Shown piece after piece: positions 9,873 through 19,956 of a stretch of DNA of 64,000 nt. The DNA comes from Pirellulales bacterium. GTDB lineage: Bacteria; Planctomycetota; Planctomycetia; Pirellulales; UBA1268. The DNA is taken from assembly GCA_016776925.1 (NCBI GenBank), contig JADHSL010000003.1:51412-115411 (forward strand), in the 5' to 3' direction. The translations under genes and the position numbers were made by a program. Position 1 is the stretch's first letter. Each line of letters starts with the position of its first letter. The notes below the pieces were generated by a model that saw nothing but the letters and a program-made list of their open reading frames with translations, had not been told where the DNA came from and did no database searches.

Positions 9873-10556
9873 ATGACTCTATCTCACCGAGGAAATGAAA
9901 TGAGTGTACTATCCGGACATACAATCAATCGGCCTGTCTGGATCTTCATTTTAGGATGTGGGCTTCTCCTTAGCACAAGCGGATGCTCCACCATACTGAC
10001 CGTTGCCTATCTGTTCCACCCAGAAGATGTTCCAGCTGAATACAGTGGACTTCGTGGGAAGCACGTGGTGGTTGTGTGCAAGCCAATTGTTGAACTTGAG
10101 TTTACAGATGCCGGAACCGCTCGTGAACTTGCAGAACGCATTGGTGCAAACATTCGTGAAAATGTTCGTGGTGTAAAAATCATTAGTCAGCAGGAAGTAT
10201 CACGATGGCTTGATGAAAACGCTTGGGTCGACTATCCAACTCTCGGAAAATCTGTTGACGCGGATTTAGTTGTTGGAATCGACCTCGACCACTTCTCTTT
10301 ACACGAAGGATCGACGCTTTACCGCGGAAGAACAACAATTCACATGCAAGTCCATGATATTAAAGATGACCTCATTGTATTTGATAATAGAATGGAAGAT
10401 TTCACATTCCCAGCAGACAGTGCTATACCAACGGCCGACCAGTCTGAGCAACAATTCAGAGGACTTTTTCTACGAATTCTGGCAAGCCGTCTTTCGCGAT
10501 GCTTTCATGCCTATGAAAGCCGAGCTCATTTCGCTGAAGAAAATCTGATCTATTAA
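9873..10556 (+). CDS. Hypothetical lipoprotein.
   Basis: Signal peptide plus a lipobox-like LLLSTSGC. I recognise no other family motif. Confidence 0.5.
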   Translation: MTLSHRGNEMSVLSGHTINRPVWIFILGCGLLLSTSGCSTILTVAYLFHPEDVPAEYSGLRGKHVVVVCKPIVELEFTDAGTARELAERIGANIRENVRGVKIISQQEVSRWLDENAWVDYPTLGKSVDADLVVGIDLDHFSLHEGSTLYRGRTTIHMQVHDIKDDLIVFDNRMEDFTFPADSAIPTADQSEQQFRGLFLRILASRLSRCFHAYESRAHFAEENLIY

Positions 10557-10741
10557 GAAAGAGTACGCCGTCATGGATCGCCATTCATGTCCGGGCTATT
10601 AATCTGCTCTGAAGTAAATCGCTTACCTGCACCTCCAAAAAAATAATCGTCCCCAATCGTCAATCATCGAGTGCGCAAGATCACCACACTATCCTGTGTC
10701 ACCAGCAGATGAACGAACTTTGCGATCCGAACACAAACTAG

Positions 10742-12787
10742 CTAGATACGCTTGAGATTACGCTTCGGCATCGGTGGACCAAGTGACCGAGGCTTGTCGT
10801 CACGAGGCATAGGCGTGTTGTTATTTCCTGGTGGCCGCGGCTTTGGAGGATCATTAATACCTGTGTGAATTTCATCCCACGCATATCCAAGCGGCTGGCC
10901 TAACTCGCGTTTCGCGAGAAATGCCCAGGGTGTCCCTGGATGATCTTCGACAACCTTACACAGGTACTCGCGAGCTTGATCTGCATATTTTTCAGTTCGT
11001 GAACCAACATTTACGATGTCGCTTGGACGCAATACCCACGTGTCACTTTTGGGTCTCTGGAATTGCATGCCAGATTTCGCACGAGCAAGCATGAGATTGT
11101 ACGCATCTGTCCGAACTTTCATTGCCAAGATTCGGCCCATAGCAAGATCAAACCCAGCTTTCCAACGTTCTTCCTCAATACGCTCTCTATCCGGCAGGCC
11201 TCGCAAAAGCTGCGAATAAATTGCGTCGACTCTTGGCTGTAAAACAGCCGCACTTCTTTGGGCCAAAGAAAGAAGGTTCGCTAGCTCACCTTCACTTTTT
11301 TTAGGAAACACTGTCTCGGGAGAGACCATCGGCCTCAGATTTGTTGCTGCTGCTGCTGTGACCAGCGATTGCTTCGCTGCATTAGATGCCACTTTCTGCC
11401 TTAACTTTGTCGCTGAGACATAGTCTGGTTGATAGTCCCGAAGCAACTCTTGGTCAAAAAAGTATCGAATACGCGATGACATCGGTGCCGTCGCTCGGTC
11501 AGGCACACGGCCCCGCAGGTTACGATTCGCGTGGACGGCGATATAAACACCACCCGTTTGGTAGCAAAGTTTTGACAAACTAAAAGGACCAAACCCTGAA
11601 TCGATTGCCTCATTCGAAAGCGAATTTTCACTGATCTGTATTGCTTCTGGAAAAAGTGTTTCTGGCCCTTGTTCAACCACTGCCCAATCTTCTACCGACG
11701 CATACGTTGGATCGAACTCAACATACTTCATTTCAATAAACCGCTGCCCAAAAGGTGCCGGCACGCCGACAACACACACAGAAACACCCAACCGCCTACA
11801 AATTGTTGCAACCTGATCCGCGAGAGACTGGTCGTCACCAACCTCATCCGTAAAAACAATAATCATTCCATTTGAACGACCAACCCGACGGGTGACGCTC
11901 AAACGCTCTGCGGCAGCACGAATCGCAGTGAATGTCTTTTCAACACCACTATTATCAACCTCAATTCCTTGAATCGCCTCAACAACTTCACTGGAAACGC
12001 GCGTCGGCTTATTCACAATAAATTTAAAACGCTGGCCATATGCCAATACAAGGTTTGTTAAACCAGCCGGTGCGTCACCCTGACTATCATGACTCAACTC
12101 ACGAAACACCCGTTTTAAACGACTCGCTATTTCTTGACGCTGACCTGCAAGGCTCACTGACTGGTCGAACACCCAGCATACAGTTGTTGGAGCATCTTCA
12201 AGTGAGCGGGCAATTTCAAGACTGAGACGATCAATTGCACCACTTGCTCCAGTTGCTGCCACACCAACATTCACCCCAACTACAGTCTCAATAAGTTGGT
12301 CTACCTCATTCGGCCCCATGGACTCAAACGTTACGGGCTCAATACGAACACTTTTTGGCACAAGCATATTCTGCGGAGGAGGAATGAAAGGAATATCTGC
12401 TTTGTTTGAGGATATTGCCTCTGCAACCGTTACGCCTCGTTCACTTAAGGCACCAAGTTCCTTAAGGTCCACATCAGAAACTTCTAACTCTTCCGGCTCG
12501 AACACAAACTCTGGTTCTGGCTCAGAAATTGGTTGCTCAATCTGAATTGCTGGAGCATGAATAATTAAAGGATCGATCGTAATGCCCGCCAAACAGAGCA
12601 GTACAATTCCGTGCAGTCCAAGACTTATGAACCACCCTGATTGTCCGCTCTGCTTTCTCAATCGATTCTCTTTTACTACACCTGGCACTTGAGGTGGCAG
12701 GACTTCTCTGCGTGCAGAAACTGGTCGGTTCATTCCCTGAGCCGACGGTGAACCGCTCTTCAATGACAAAAAACTACGCGATTTCAT
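10742..12787 (-). CDS. Membrane-anchored von Willebrand factor type A (MIDAS) domain protein.
   Basis: N-terminal TM (WFISLGLHGIVLLCLAGI). MIDAS DxSxS in VCWVFDQSVSLAG, plus IIVFTDEVGDD. ATG 12787 is preferred over the TTG at 12859, which would overlap the neighbouring ORF extension. Confidence 0.65.
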   Translation of the reverse strand: MKSRSFLSLKSGSPSAQGMNRPVSARREVLPPQVPGVVKENRLRKQSGQSGWFISLGLHGIVLLCLAGITIDPLIIHAPAIQIEQPISEPEPEFVFEPEELEVSDVDLKELGALSERGVTVAEAISSNKADIPFIPPPQNMLVPKSVRIEPVTFESMGPNEVDQLIETVVGVNVGVAATGASGAIDRLSLEIARSLEDAPTTVCWVFDQSVSLAGQRQEIASRLKRVFRELSHDSQGDAPAGLTNLVLAYGQRFKFIVNKPTRVSSEVVEAIQGIEVDNSGVEKTFTAIRAAAERLSVTRRVGRSNGMIIVFTDEVGDDQSLADQVATICRRLGVSVCVVGVPAPFGQRFIEMKYVEFDPTYASVEDWAVVEQGPETLFPEAIQISENSLSNEAIDSGFGPFSLSKLCYQTGGVYIAVHANRNLRGRVPDRATAPMSSRIRYFFDQELLRDYQPDYVSATKLRQKVASNAAKQSLVTAAAATNLRPMVSPETVFPKKSEGELANLLSLAQRSAAVLQPRVDAIYSQLLRGLPDRERIEEERWKAGFDLAMGRILAMKVRTDAYNLMLARAKSGMQFQRPKSDTWVLRPSDIVNVGSRTEKYADQAREYLCKVVEDHPGTPWAFLAKRELGQPLGYAWDEIHTGINDPPKPRPPGNNNTPMPRDDKPRSLGPPMPKRNLKRI

Positions 12788-13047
12788 TACAAAAAGCCTG
12801 CCACAAGAAAACTCTACAACCACCTCATATTTTGATAAATTATACCTCCCCGCCCGCAATCTTTTCTTCTGGATGGCTCCCTATGATCCACTTCACCGAT
12901 AAAAGCACTAATTTCAACTGTCATTTTCAGAACAAGACACCAAAATGGCAACCTGAAGACAGGCATTCTTTGGGTCAGGTATCTCATCGTCAGCCTATCA
13001 AGACAGTTGGGCGGATTCTTTTTCGGCAACTCATTCATAAGAAATTG

Positions 13048-14016
13048 ATGGCCTTCTGTCTCATCGCAAGTACATGTTGGGTGATGACAGCACAAAGTGC
13101 TGATGAAAATTCTACGAAAAAAATGCCGGCAGTTGAGCGAGTCAAGAACCTCATAACATCCGATGGCGTTCCTCTTCAACTTGTGTACTATCCATCACAA
13201 GGAAAACCGACCGCAACAGTTATTCTTGTACACGACATTGGTGGCTCGGAAAAAACAGTACGAAAACTAGCCTCCGGCCTCCAGAAAGCTGGTTGTGCAG
13301 TTGTAGTCCCTGACCTTCGGGGACACGGAGCCAGCAAAAACGATAATCTCGACGTCTCTAAGAAAAGGCTTCTTGTAAATCAACTACGCATGATTCCTGC
13401 AAGTGGCGGTGGCAGAATCCGTACAAGTGCCAATCTCAAAGGCGACCTCGAAACTGTTCGAAACTGGCTTGTAGAGAAAGAGGCCGAGGGTGATATCGAT
13501 CTCGAACAACTTTGTGTTATTGGATCCGGACTCGGTGGCACACTCGCCGCAACATGGGCCGTAGCTGACTGGCATTGGCTCCCGAATACTCAAGGTCCCC
13601 AGGGACAGCAGGTTCGGACTATCATCCTAATTAGTCCTGTCTGGGCCGATCAGGGAATCTCCATCACGAATGCTCTCAACGCTCGAACGACCTCTGGTCG
13701 GGGTGAAGTGAAACCGTTGCTGGAACACCTGCCAGTCATGATTATTGCTGGAAGCGACGATCGGCAATCAAGCCAACTTTTCCAGCAATTAAAGGGTGCA
13801 CGTCCCACGAGTTGGTTTCAGGAGTCTGCAAATGGAACAAAGCAGCAAAGTAAGAGGCGACCTTCACCAAACCAACCTAAAACAGGGCCACTTGTCTTTG
13901 AAGAAATACGGTCAAGCCTTCGAGCAGACAAACTCGCATCTCTCCCCTCAGGCAATCGTACCCCGCTGCAATTGTGCGCATGGTTTATCAGTGAAACATC
14001 ATCTGTCGATGATTAA
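13048..14016 (+). CDS. Secreted alpha/beta-hydrolase-fold protein with an atypical nucleophile elbow.
   Basis: Signal peptide MAFCLIASTCWVMTAQSA. VILVHDIGGSEKT...VVVPDLRGHGAS. An IGSGLGG segment sits where GxSxG is expected. The ORF-track start at 12694 (GTG) overlaps the vWA gene, so I use ATG 13048. Confidence 0.6.
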   Translation: MAFCLIASTCWVMTAQSADENSTKKMPAVERVKNLITSDGVPLQLVYYPSQGKPTATVILVHDIGGSEKTVRKLASGLQKAGCAVVVPDLRGHGASKNDNLDVSKKRLLVNQLRMIPASGGGRIRTSANLKGDLETVRNWLVEKEAEGDIDLEQLCVIGSGLGGTLAATWAVADWHWLPNTQGPQGQQVRTIILISPVWADQGISITNALNARTTSGRGEVKPLLEHLPVMIIAGSDDRQSSQLFQQLKGARPTSWFQESANGTKQQSKRRPSPNQPKTGPLVFEEIRSSLRADKLASLPSGNRTPLQLCAWFISETSSVDD

Positions 14017-14089
14017 GAAAGCCTTGCTCGATCCATATTGCCTTCATGATCCAATACAGAAAAAACCAAAAAAGGATTTTCCCTGTAGA

Positions 14090-15133
14090 TCACGGAAGTC
14101 GTAATTCTGTGCCGGGCACAAGTAATGCAGGGCTACGCAAGTGATCTCGATTCGCATTAAAAATTGCATCTGCCATGCGTGCGTTCCCGTATACACGCTG
14201 AGCAAGTGAGGCTAACGTCTCACCAGGTGCAACGCGAATCGTGCCGCGACTGCGCCGGCTGGATATATCCTCGCGACCAATTGGCTCTAGTTTTGGTGGT
14301 CTTCCGAGCCACGGTCCACCTGTACCTTCGAAACTGCGGTGACTTTGCATTGATACATCATTTGGCATTGATGTCGTGTGGACTGAAGCCTGGACCGGCA
14401 CTTCTGCACCGATCGTATCCGACGGTTCAATCTGACGGCTGTCTTCGTATACCGACCCGTTGCCAAATAAACGCCACGCTGGTGGCACGATCATCTCAAA
14501 GCCAATTGGCAACACTTCTGGATTCGATAGCCGATCAGCATTCACCTGCCACAGGGCTGATGCAGCTTGTGGATGTCCATACAAGCGTGTTGCAATCCCT
14601 GTCAAATCATCACCATCCTGTACACGATAGCGTTCCGGAATAGCATCTGGTACATGCCGATGTGGGCCTGCGTTTTTCCTTCGAGTCAGTTGGGGATGAT
14701 TCGCTGCAGCAGCGTGTGATCCATCCAAGAGTGGAGGTGGTGGCATTTCAACGGTCGTACGATATGCACCATACATGCCTGGCAACGCGTTACCTGGCGT
14801 ACGCTTTGGCATTCTCTCTGGCGTGACGAGTTGCGGTTGTGAAGGTAATGACATTCCCTCCAGTCGACTCAACCCTGAGCCCGAAGGATTATTGATCTGG
14901 CGAATAACGCGAGTTCCCTCCGGACTTTTTACAGGAACGGTAAATGAATTTGGCATCGACTGAGATGTTCTGTCCCTGCCAAAAGGACTCGTTTGCTGAG
15001 AAGGACCTTGCGTCACTACGTCGCGGGAGGCATCACTCAAGACAGAGGAAATAAATGGAGCCGCAACAAAGCCGCCCGCCACAACCATTCCTAAACCAAC
15101 AAGAAACCGAAATATTTGAACAAGGCTTGTCAT
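14090..15133 (-). CDS. Membrane-anchored protein with two LysM domains.
   Basis: TM segment LVGLGMVVAGGFVAAPFI. Two LysM-like modules (YRVQDGDDLTGIATRLYGHPQAASALWQVNADRL...VP and IRVAPGETLASLAQRVYGNARMADAIFNANRDHL...LP). ATG 15133 is preferred to GTG 15175. Confidence 0.7.
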   Translation of the reverse strand: MTSLVQIFRFLVGLGMVVAGGFVAAPFISSVLSDASRDVVTQGPSQQTSPFGRDRTSQSMPNSFTVPVKSPEGTRVIRQINNPSGSGLSRLEGMSLPSQPQLVTPERMPKRTPGNALPGMYGAYRTTVEMPPPPLLDGSHAAAANHPQLTRRKNAGPHRHVPDAIPERYRVQDGDDLTGIATRLYGHPQAASALWQVNADRLSNPEVLPIGFEMIVPPAWRLFGNGSVYEDSRQIEPSDTIGAEVPVQASVHTTSMPNDVSMQSHRSFEGTGGPWLGRPPKLEPIGREDISSRRSRGTIRVAPGETLASLAQRVYGNARMADAIFNANRDHLRSPALLVPGTELRLP

Positions 15134-15370
15134 ACTTTCACCACAAGGAGGCTGGGGACTGCGTTGGGCAGGCACAATAGGGCCTACGCAACTGCTTGCA
15201 TCCTTGCATTGGAAAACGCCTGGAATCGCGTACTACGATTACTCGCAACTATGCGACATTTTTTAATGACATGCGTTCTAAGAACAACCTTCTTCGATAA
15301 AAAGACTATCTGGCGGTTCTTGCCAAGCCTGCACAATCAGCATGAACCGTAAGGGTTCCCAAGAGTATCG

Positions 15371-18280
15371 TCACGTTGGCTCTGCTATAGCCTGACGCTT
15401 CACGGGCGCCGGATTTCCGACACTCCCTTGCAACCAAAGCACGATCGGTGATGCAATCACAATGGTACTGTAGGTACCACTGATGATGCCTATCAGAATT
15501 GCGAACGCAAAGGCATGAATGCCTTGTCCGCCTAAACAGTAGAGAATGATGGCTGCCAACAGGGCTGTTCCCGACGTTAGTATTGTTCGACTCAGCGTCT
15601 GATTAATAGCTCGATCAACCATCTCAGTGGAGACAGCTGAACTCTTACCTCGTATTTCTCTCATCCTGTCAAAAATAACGATCGTGTCATTAATTGAAAA
15701 ACCCACGATCGTCAGCAGTGCGGCAACGACATCAAGACTGATCTTGAAATCATCCACAAGCGCCCAGCCTAAATATGGGGCAACATAAACACTCAGTGCA
15801 ATACACGCTATTGTCACAAGAACATCATGCAGCAGTGCGACGACTGCTGCCAATCCAAATGCCACATTTTGAAATCGCAACCAGACGTATGCAACAATCA
15901 TTACAAGGCTGGCCAAAAGAGCATAAACGGCTGTCACCTTTGTGTTGCCGGCGACTTTCCCACCTATTGAATTCGCCGAAAGATAAATTGGCGTACCTGC
16001 CAACTGGCCCGCAACTTGCTCCAACACTTTGCGAGTATCCTCCGGGGCAAGCGATGTAGACAACGACCACGTGCGATACGGTTTCTTTCGTGTTTGCATT
16101 CCGGGGGACGTCAACTCAAAAGCAACCCCCTCGTGGCCAGCTTGCTTAAAAGCCTGTTCGATAGTCTCTTGCAAAGTTACTTGATTAATCTTCTGCGGGA
16201 AATCAAGTTCAACAGCAGTACTCAATGATTCGAGTGCCTGGGGACTACTTTCTTTACTCGTTTTAGGGTCACTTCCATCTTCGTTTGCCTCAGAACCTGC
16301 CGGTCCCTGCGAATCGCCAGAAGACTTGTCAGCGGTTGATACGATTTCACCAAATCCCATTGAGTACGTCGCCAACCTGCCTGGGAAGGAGGTTCGAAGC
16401 ATTTCCTCAACTGCGTCGCCACTCCGCTCCGACGTGTCGATCTTATATCGTAGATTTGCCGGGACATCACCAACTGTTACTGAACTCACAGCAACATCAG
16501 GCAGGCTTGAAACGGCTTCCCGCACAGAAGAAATATCGAGCCCTTGGTTTTCCTTAAACGCCACCTGAACACTTGTGCCACCAGTAAAATCAATATCAAA
16601 AATACCCTGTCCTCGCTGCCATGCTGCAACAAGCCCAATCGTAATAAAAACAAGCGATACGATAACGGCTGGTCGCACCCACCGCACAAACTCATAGTTA
16701 GTTTTTCCAAACAAGCGAGCCATTGAAAGAGTCTTGAGTAGACGTTTTTGTTCAGCAAGATCAAAAATAACTCGTGAGCAAAAAACAGCTGTGAATAAAT
16801 TAAGTGACAGGCCAAGGATCAGGGTGACCGCAAAACCCTTCAGTTGATCTGTGCCTATAGAGAACAGCACAATGCCCGTAATCAGTGTTGTCAGATTTGA
16901 GTCGACAATGGTTGAAAACGCCCGCTGAAAACCATTCCGTATAGCCATGCGAACAGATGCGCCGCGGTCCAGTTCTTCTCGCATCCGTTCGTAAATAAGC
17001 ACATTCGCATCGACAGCCATCCCGACTGAAAGCACGAGGCCAGCTAATCCAGCTAACGTAAAGGCAGCTTTGATAGAAATCATCAGCGCCACGACCAGAA
17101 CAATATTCAACAAAACGGCTAAATCAGCGACTATCCCAGAGAATCGGTAATACATGAGCATGAATGTCAGAACAACAATTGTTGCCAGCAACATAGCCCG
17201 AGCCCCGGAGCGAATCGTGTCAGCCCCCAACTGCGGACTAATTTTCTGCTCACTAATTGGATCACTATACAAGGCAGCCGGCAGACTACCCGCATTCAAT
17301 ACACCAACAAGAAATTCAACATCTGCCTGTTTAAAGCTACCGGTAATTTGGCCGTCGCTTGAAATCGTACTTCGAATCGTAGGTGCCGATAGTAGCACAC
17401 CGTCAAGCACAATCCCCAGCCGACTGAGCAAACGATTCGCTGGATCGGGCAGGTTCTGACTCGTCAGCGTCCCAAAAAGCGCTGATCCCTGAGAATTAAA
17501 AGAAAAGTTTACGCAGGGCTGCAAATTCTGATCGTATCCACCTGAAGCCCTCGACAGAAAATCTCCCGTCACATCAAATCGATCAAGAGCAACAAGAACT
17601 TCCGGAGTCCCATCGCCAGCTTGACGCATCACCAAAGTTGAGTCACCAACTGGATTGATCTTCTGGGTATCAATCTGTATCCATCGCCCTATTGAGCGAT
17701 CCCCTGAACTCACCAGGCTTCCAGAAGAACTGGTCGCCTTTTCTATGATTTCTTTGTGGCGAGGATCTTGGGGATTGGCAACTATTCGAAACTCTAAAAC
17801 ACCAGCACTCGAGACGATTCGTTTGATGAATTCAACCTCGGCTTGATCTACCTCAGGCACAATGACTTCGAGTTGATTCGTTCCATACTGACGAACTGTC
17901 ACCTCTTTCTGTCCACCCGGATTAACCCTACGACTTACCGCAGCAACAAGCTTGTCCATGCTTACGCCACCATCGGGCTGCTTCGCAGAGTCAATCTCAT
18001 AGACAAGTATGACCCCGCCCTTGAGATCAATACCCATACGAGGAGGCCACCCCAGAACAGTCACGACAATGCCCGCTGCGAGAGCTACAAGGACAACTGA
18101 AAGCCTTCCCCAAAGGCTGCCTGCTCGGAGTCGCCGCGTTACAAGCCAGGCTAAGACTGTCGGCACAAGAATAATGGCAAGCGTCAGCCCCCAGACTGCC
18201 CACGACTCGTTCCACCACACTGCAGAGGTGTTCTCTGTTACCTGAGCAAGCAATCCGAACCAGCCATCCATGCCATTCAT
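15371..18280 (-). CDS. secDF: Fused protein translocase subunit SecDF.
   Basis: 969 aa. SecD-type GIDLKGGVILVYEI and a 6-TM block, followed by a second SecF-type periplasmic domain and 6-TM block. Sits in the conserved tgt-yajC-secDF context. Confidence 0.92.
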   Translation of the reverse strand: MNGMDGWFGLLAQVTENTSAVWWNESWAVWGLTLAIILVPTVLAWLVTRRLRAGSLWGRLSVVLVALAAGIVVTVLGWPPRMGIDLKGGVILVYEIDSAKQPDGGVSMDKLVAAVSRRVNPGGQKEVTVRQYGTNQLEVIVPEVDQAEVEFIKRIVSSAGVLEFRIVANPQDPRHKEIIEKATSSSGSLVSSGDRSIGRWIQIDTQKINPVGDSTLVMRQAGDGTPEVLVALDRFDVTGDFLSRASGGYDQNLQPCVNFSFNSQGSALFGTLTSQNLPDPANRLLSRLGIVLDGVLLSAPTIRSTISSDGQITGSFKQADVEFLVGVLNAGSLPAALYSDPISEQKISPQLGADTIRSGARAMLLATIVVLTFMLMYYRFSGIVADLAVLLNIVLVVALMISIKAAFTLAGLAGLVLSVGMAVDANVLIYERMREELDRGASVRMAIRNGFQRAFSTIVDSNLTTLITGIVLFSIGTDQLKGFAVTLILGLSLNLFTAVFCSRVIFDLAEQKRLLKTLSMARLFGKTNYEFVRWVRPAVIVSLVFITIGLVAAWQRGQGIFDIDFTGGTSVQVAFKENQGLDISSVREAVSSLPDVAVSSVTVGDVPANLRYKIDTSERSGDAVEEMLRTSFPGRLATYSMGFGEIVSTADKSSGDSQGPAGSEANEDGSDPKTSKESSPQALESLSTAVELDFPQKINQVTLQETIEQAFKQAGHEGVAFELTSPGMQTRKKPYRTWSLSTSLAPEDTRKVLEQVAGQLAGTPIYLSANSIGGKVAGNTKVTAVYALLASLVMIVAYVWLRFQNVAFGLAAVVALLHDVLVTIACIALSVYVAPYLGWALVDDFKISLDVVAALLTIVGFSINDTIVIFDRMREIRGKSSAVSTEMVDRAINQTLSRTILTSGTALLAAIILYCLGGQGIHAFAFAILIGIISGTYSTIVIASPIVLWLQGSVGNPAPVKRQAIAEPT

Positions 18281-18331
18281 CTCAATCTTCTTTCATCAAA
18301 AGTTTAGTCAACAAAGTGCTGCGCTCGGGCG

Positions 18332-18709
18332 TCATGCCCCAGCACCAGCTGTTCTTTCATTATCTGAATCAGCAAGTACGCGATTCACACTGGCTAACGT
18401 AAATGTAATTTTTGCATTTGAGCTTTCGTCAACCTTGAGAACGACTCGATCCTGTTCCCTATCTACACTCGAGACAGTACCGATAATTCCAGACGCGGTA
18501 ATCACACGGTCATTTTTCTTGACATTATTTAGAAGCTCTCGTTGCTTCCGCATGCGTTCTCTCTCGGGGCGATACAAGAGAAACCATGCTGCAACAACGA
18601 TGAGGACCATCGGGAAATAGGTGATCAATAATTCCAAGGGCCCGGCAGGGGGCTTGGAATTAGCAGCAAATAGCTGCCCGACGATGAGAGATTGATCAAA
18701 TATTGGCAT
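18332..18709 (-). CDS. yajC: Preprotein translocase subunit YajC.
   Basis: Single TM followed by RPERERMRKQRELLNNVKKNDRVITASGIIGTV. ATG 18709 lies within the GTG-started ORF that begins at 18718. Confidence 0.85.
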   Translation of the reverse strand: MPIFDQSLIVGQLFAANSKPPAGPLELLITYFPMVLIVVAAWFLLYRPERERMRKQRELLNNVKKNDRVITASGIIGTVSSVDREQDRVVLKVDESSNAKITFTLASVNRVLADSDNERTAGAGA

Positions 18710-18849
18710 GGAAAGCACCCAAGTCTAAAGGAGAGCAAAAACACTCTACTGAAAAGTGCAAATGTAGTTTCCCACGGTTCCAACGGACAAGTCCGAATGC
18801 AGACGGCCGGGACACAGGGCCACTCCACTCCCTCATTTGCAGAATAGCC

Positions 18850-19956
18850 TCAATTCATGCGGGCGAGAATATCCGCCCGAACTGCTTGAAATTGACCGGC
18901 AACTATCGCCTCTCGAAGCCGCCGCATCAGTCGCTGGTAGAAGGTCAGATTATGAATCGAGGCTAAAATTGGTCCAAGCATTTCCCCCGCCAGAAAAAGA
19001 TGCCGCATATACGCCCGTGAATGGCCACAAGCCATACACGGGCAGTCACTTTCAATAGGGCGTTTGTCCGTCAGATACTGAGCATTTCTCAACCGTAATG
19101 GGCCGTCGAACGTATACAGCAATGCATTACGACCACAACGCGTTGGTAAGACGCAGTCAAACATATCGATCCCTACGGCAACCGCATTAATAATATCCTC
19201 TGGCTTTCCAACTCCCATAAGATATCGCGGCTTGTCTTGCGGCAAGTACGGCACTGTCACCTGAAGCGTTGACGCCATTGCCTCTGGTCCTTCCCCCACA
19301 GACAGCCCACCAACTGCAAAGCCCTCGAAAGGGAGCGAGCGAAGGTGCTTGGCACTAATTGCTCTTAGCTCAGGATCAAGCCCACCCTGCACAATTCCGA
19401 ACATTGCCTGATCTGATTTTTGACGAGCAGCTAAACAACGCTCTCCCCACGCGAGAGATCTCTCCATTGCCTCCGCAACGTCGTTTCGTGCCGCAGGAAG
19501 ACCAATCACATGATCAAGCTGCATTGCGACATCAGCTCCTAGTGATTCTTGAATAGCAACTGCCTTCTCCGGAGTAAGATTCACCTGAGAGCCGTCGAGG
19601 TGCGAGCGAAATGCTGCCCCGTGATCGGTCACCTTCACTTGCTGAGCAAGGCTAAACACTTGATAGCCTCCACTGTCAGTGAGGGTCGGGCCAGACCATC
19701 CCATGAAATGACCGACACCGCCCGCCTGAGATACTAATTCTTCACCCGGCCTGAGATGGAGATGATACGTGTTTGCCAACAGCATTGTGGCGCCCGTCTC
19801 GACAACACGAGCTATATCCACACCTTTTACTGACGCTAGTGTCGCTACTGGCATAAAAAGTGGTGTCTGCACCTGTCCATGCGGAGTGGTGAGAACACCC
19901 GCCCGCGAACCGGACGAATGGGCTACTTCAACGTGAAAACCAAAGCCGTCACTCAA
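18850..19956 (-). CDS. tgt: tRNA-guanine transglycosylase (queuine tRNA-ribosyltransferase).
   Basis: [34 protein letters not shown] and the zinc-site residues CxCxxC...H ([16 protein letters not shown]). The TTG start overlaps the hppA stop (TTGA). Confidence 0.92.
   Translation of the reverse strand: MSDGFGFHVEVAHSSGSRAGVLTTPHGQVQTPLFMPVATLASVKGVDIARVVETGATMLLANTYHLHLRPGEELVSQAGGVGHFMGWSGPTLTDSGGYQVFSLAQQVKVTDHGAAFRSHLDGSQVNLTPEKAVAIQESLGADVAMQLDHVIGLPAARNDVAEAMERSLAWGERCLAARQKSDQAMFGIVQGGLDPELRAISAKHLRSLPFEGFAVGGLSVGEGPEAMASTLQVTVPYLPQDKPRYLMGVGKPEDIINAVAVGIDMFDCVLPTRCGRNALLYTFDGPLRLRNAQYLTDKRPIESDCPCMACGHSRAYMRHLFLAGEMLGPILASIHNLTFYQRLMRRLREAIVAGQFQAVRADILARMN

Noticed and set aside
12694-13047. 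The GTG-started 5' extension of the alpha/beta-hydrolase ORF. The TTG extension of the vWA ORF to 12859 is a similar case.
   Set aside because: The two extensions overlap each other on opposite strands. The extension lacks a signal peptide, whereas ATG 13048 gives one. I treat both as longest-ORF artefacts.
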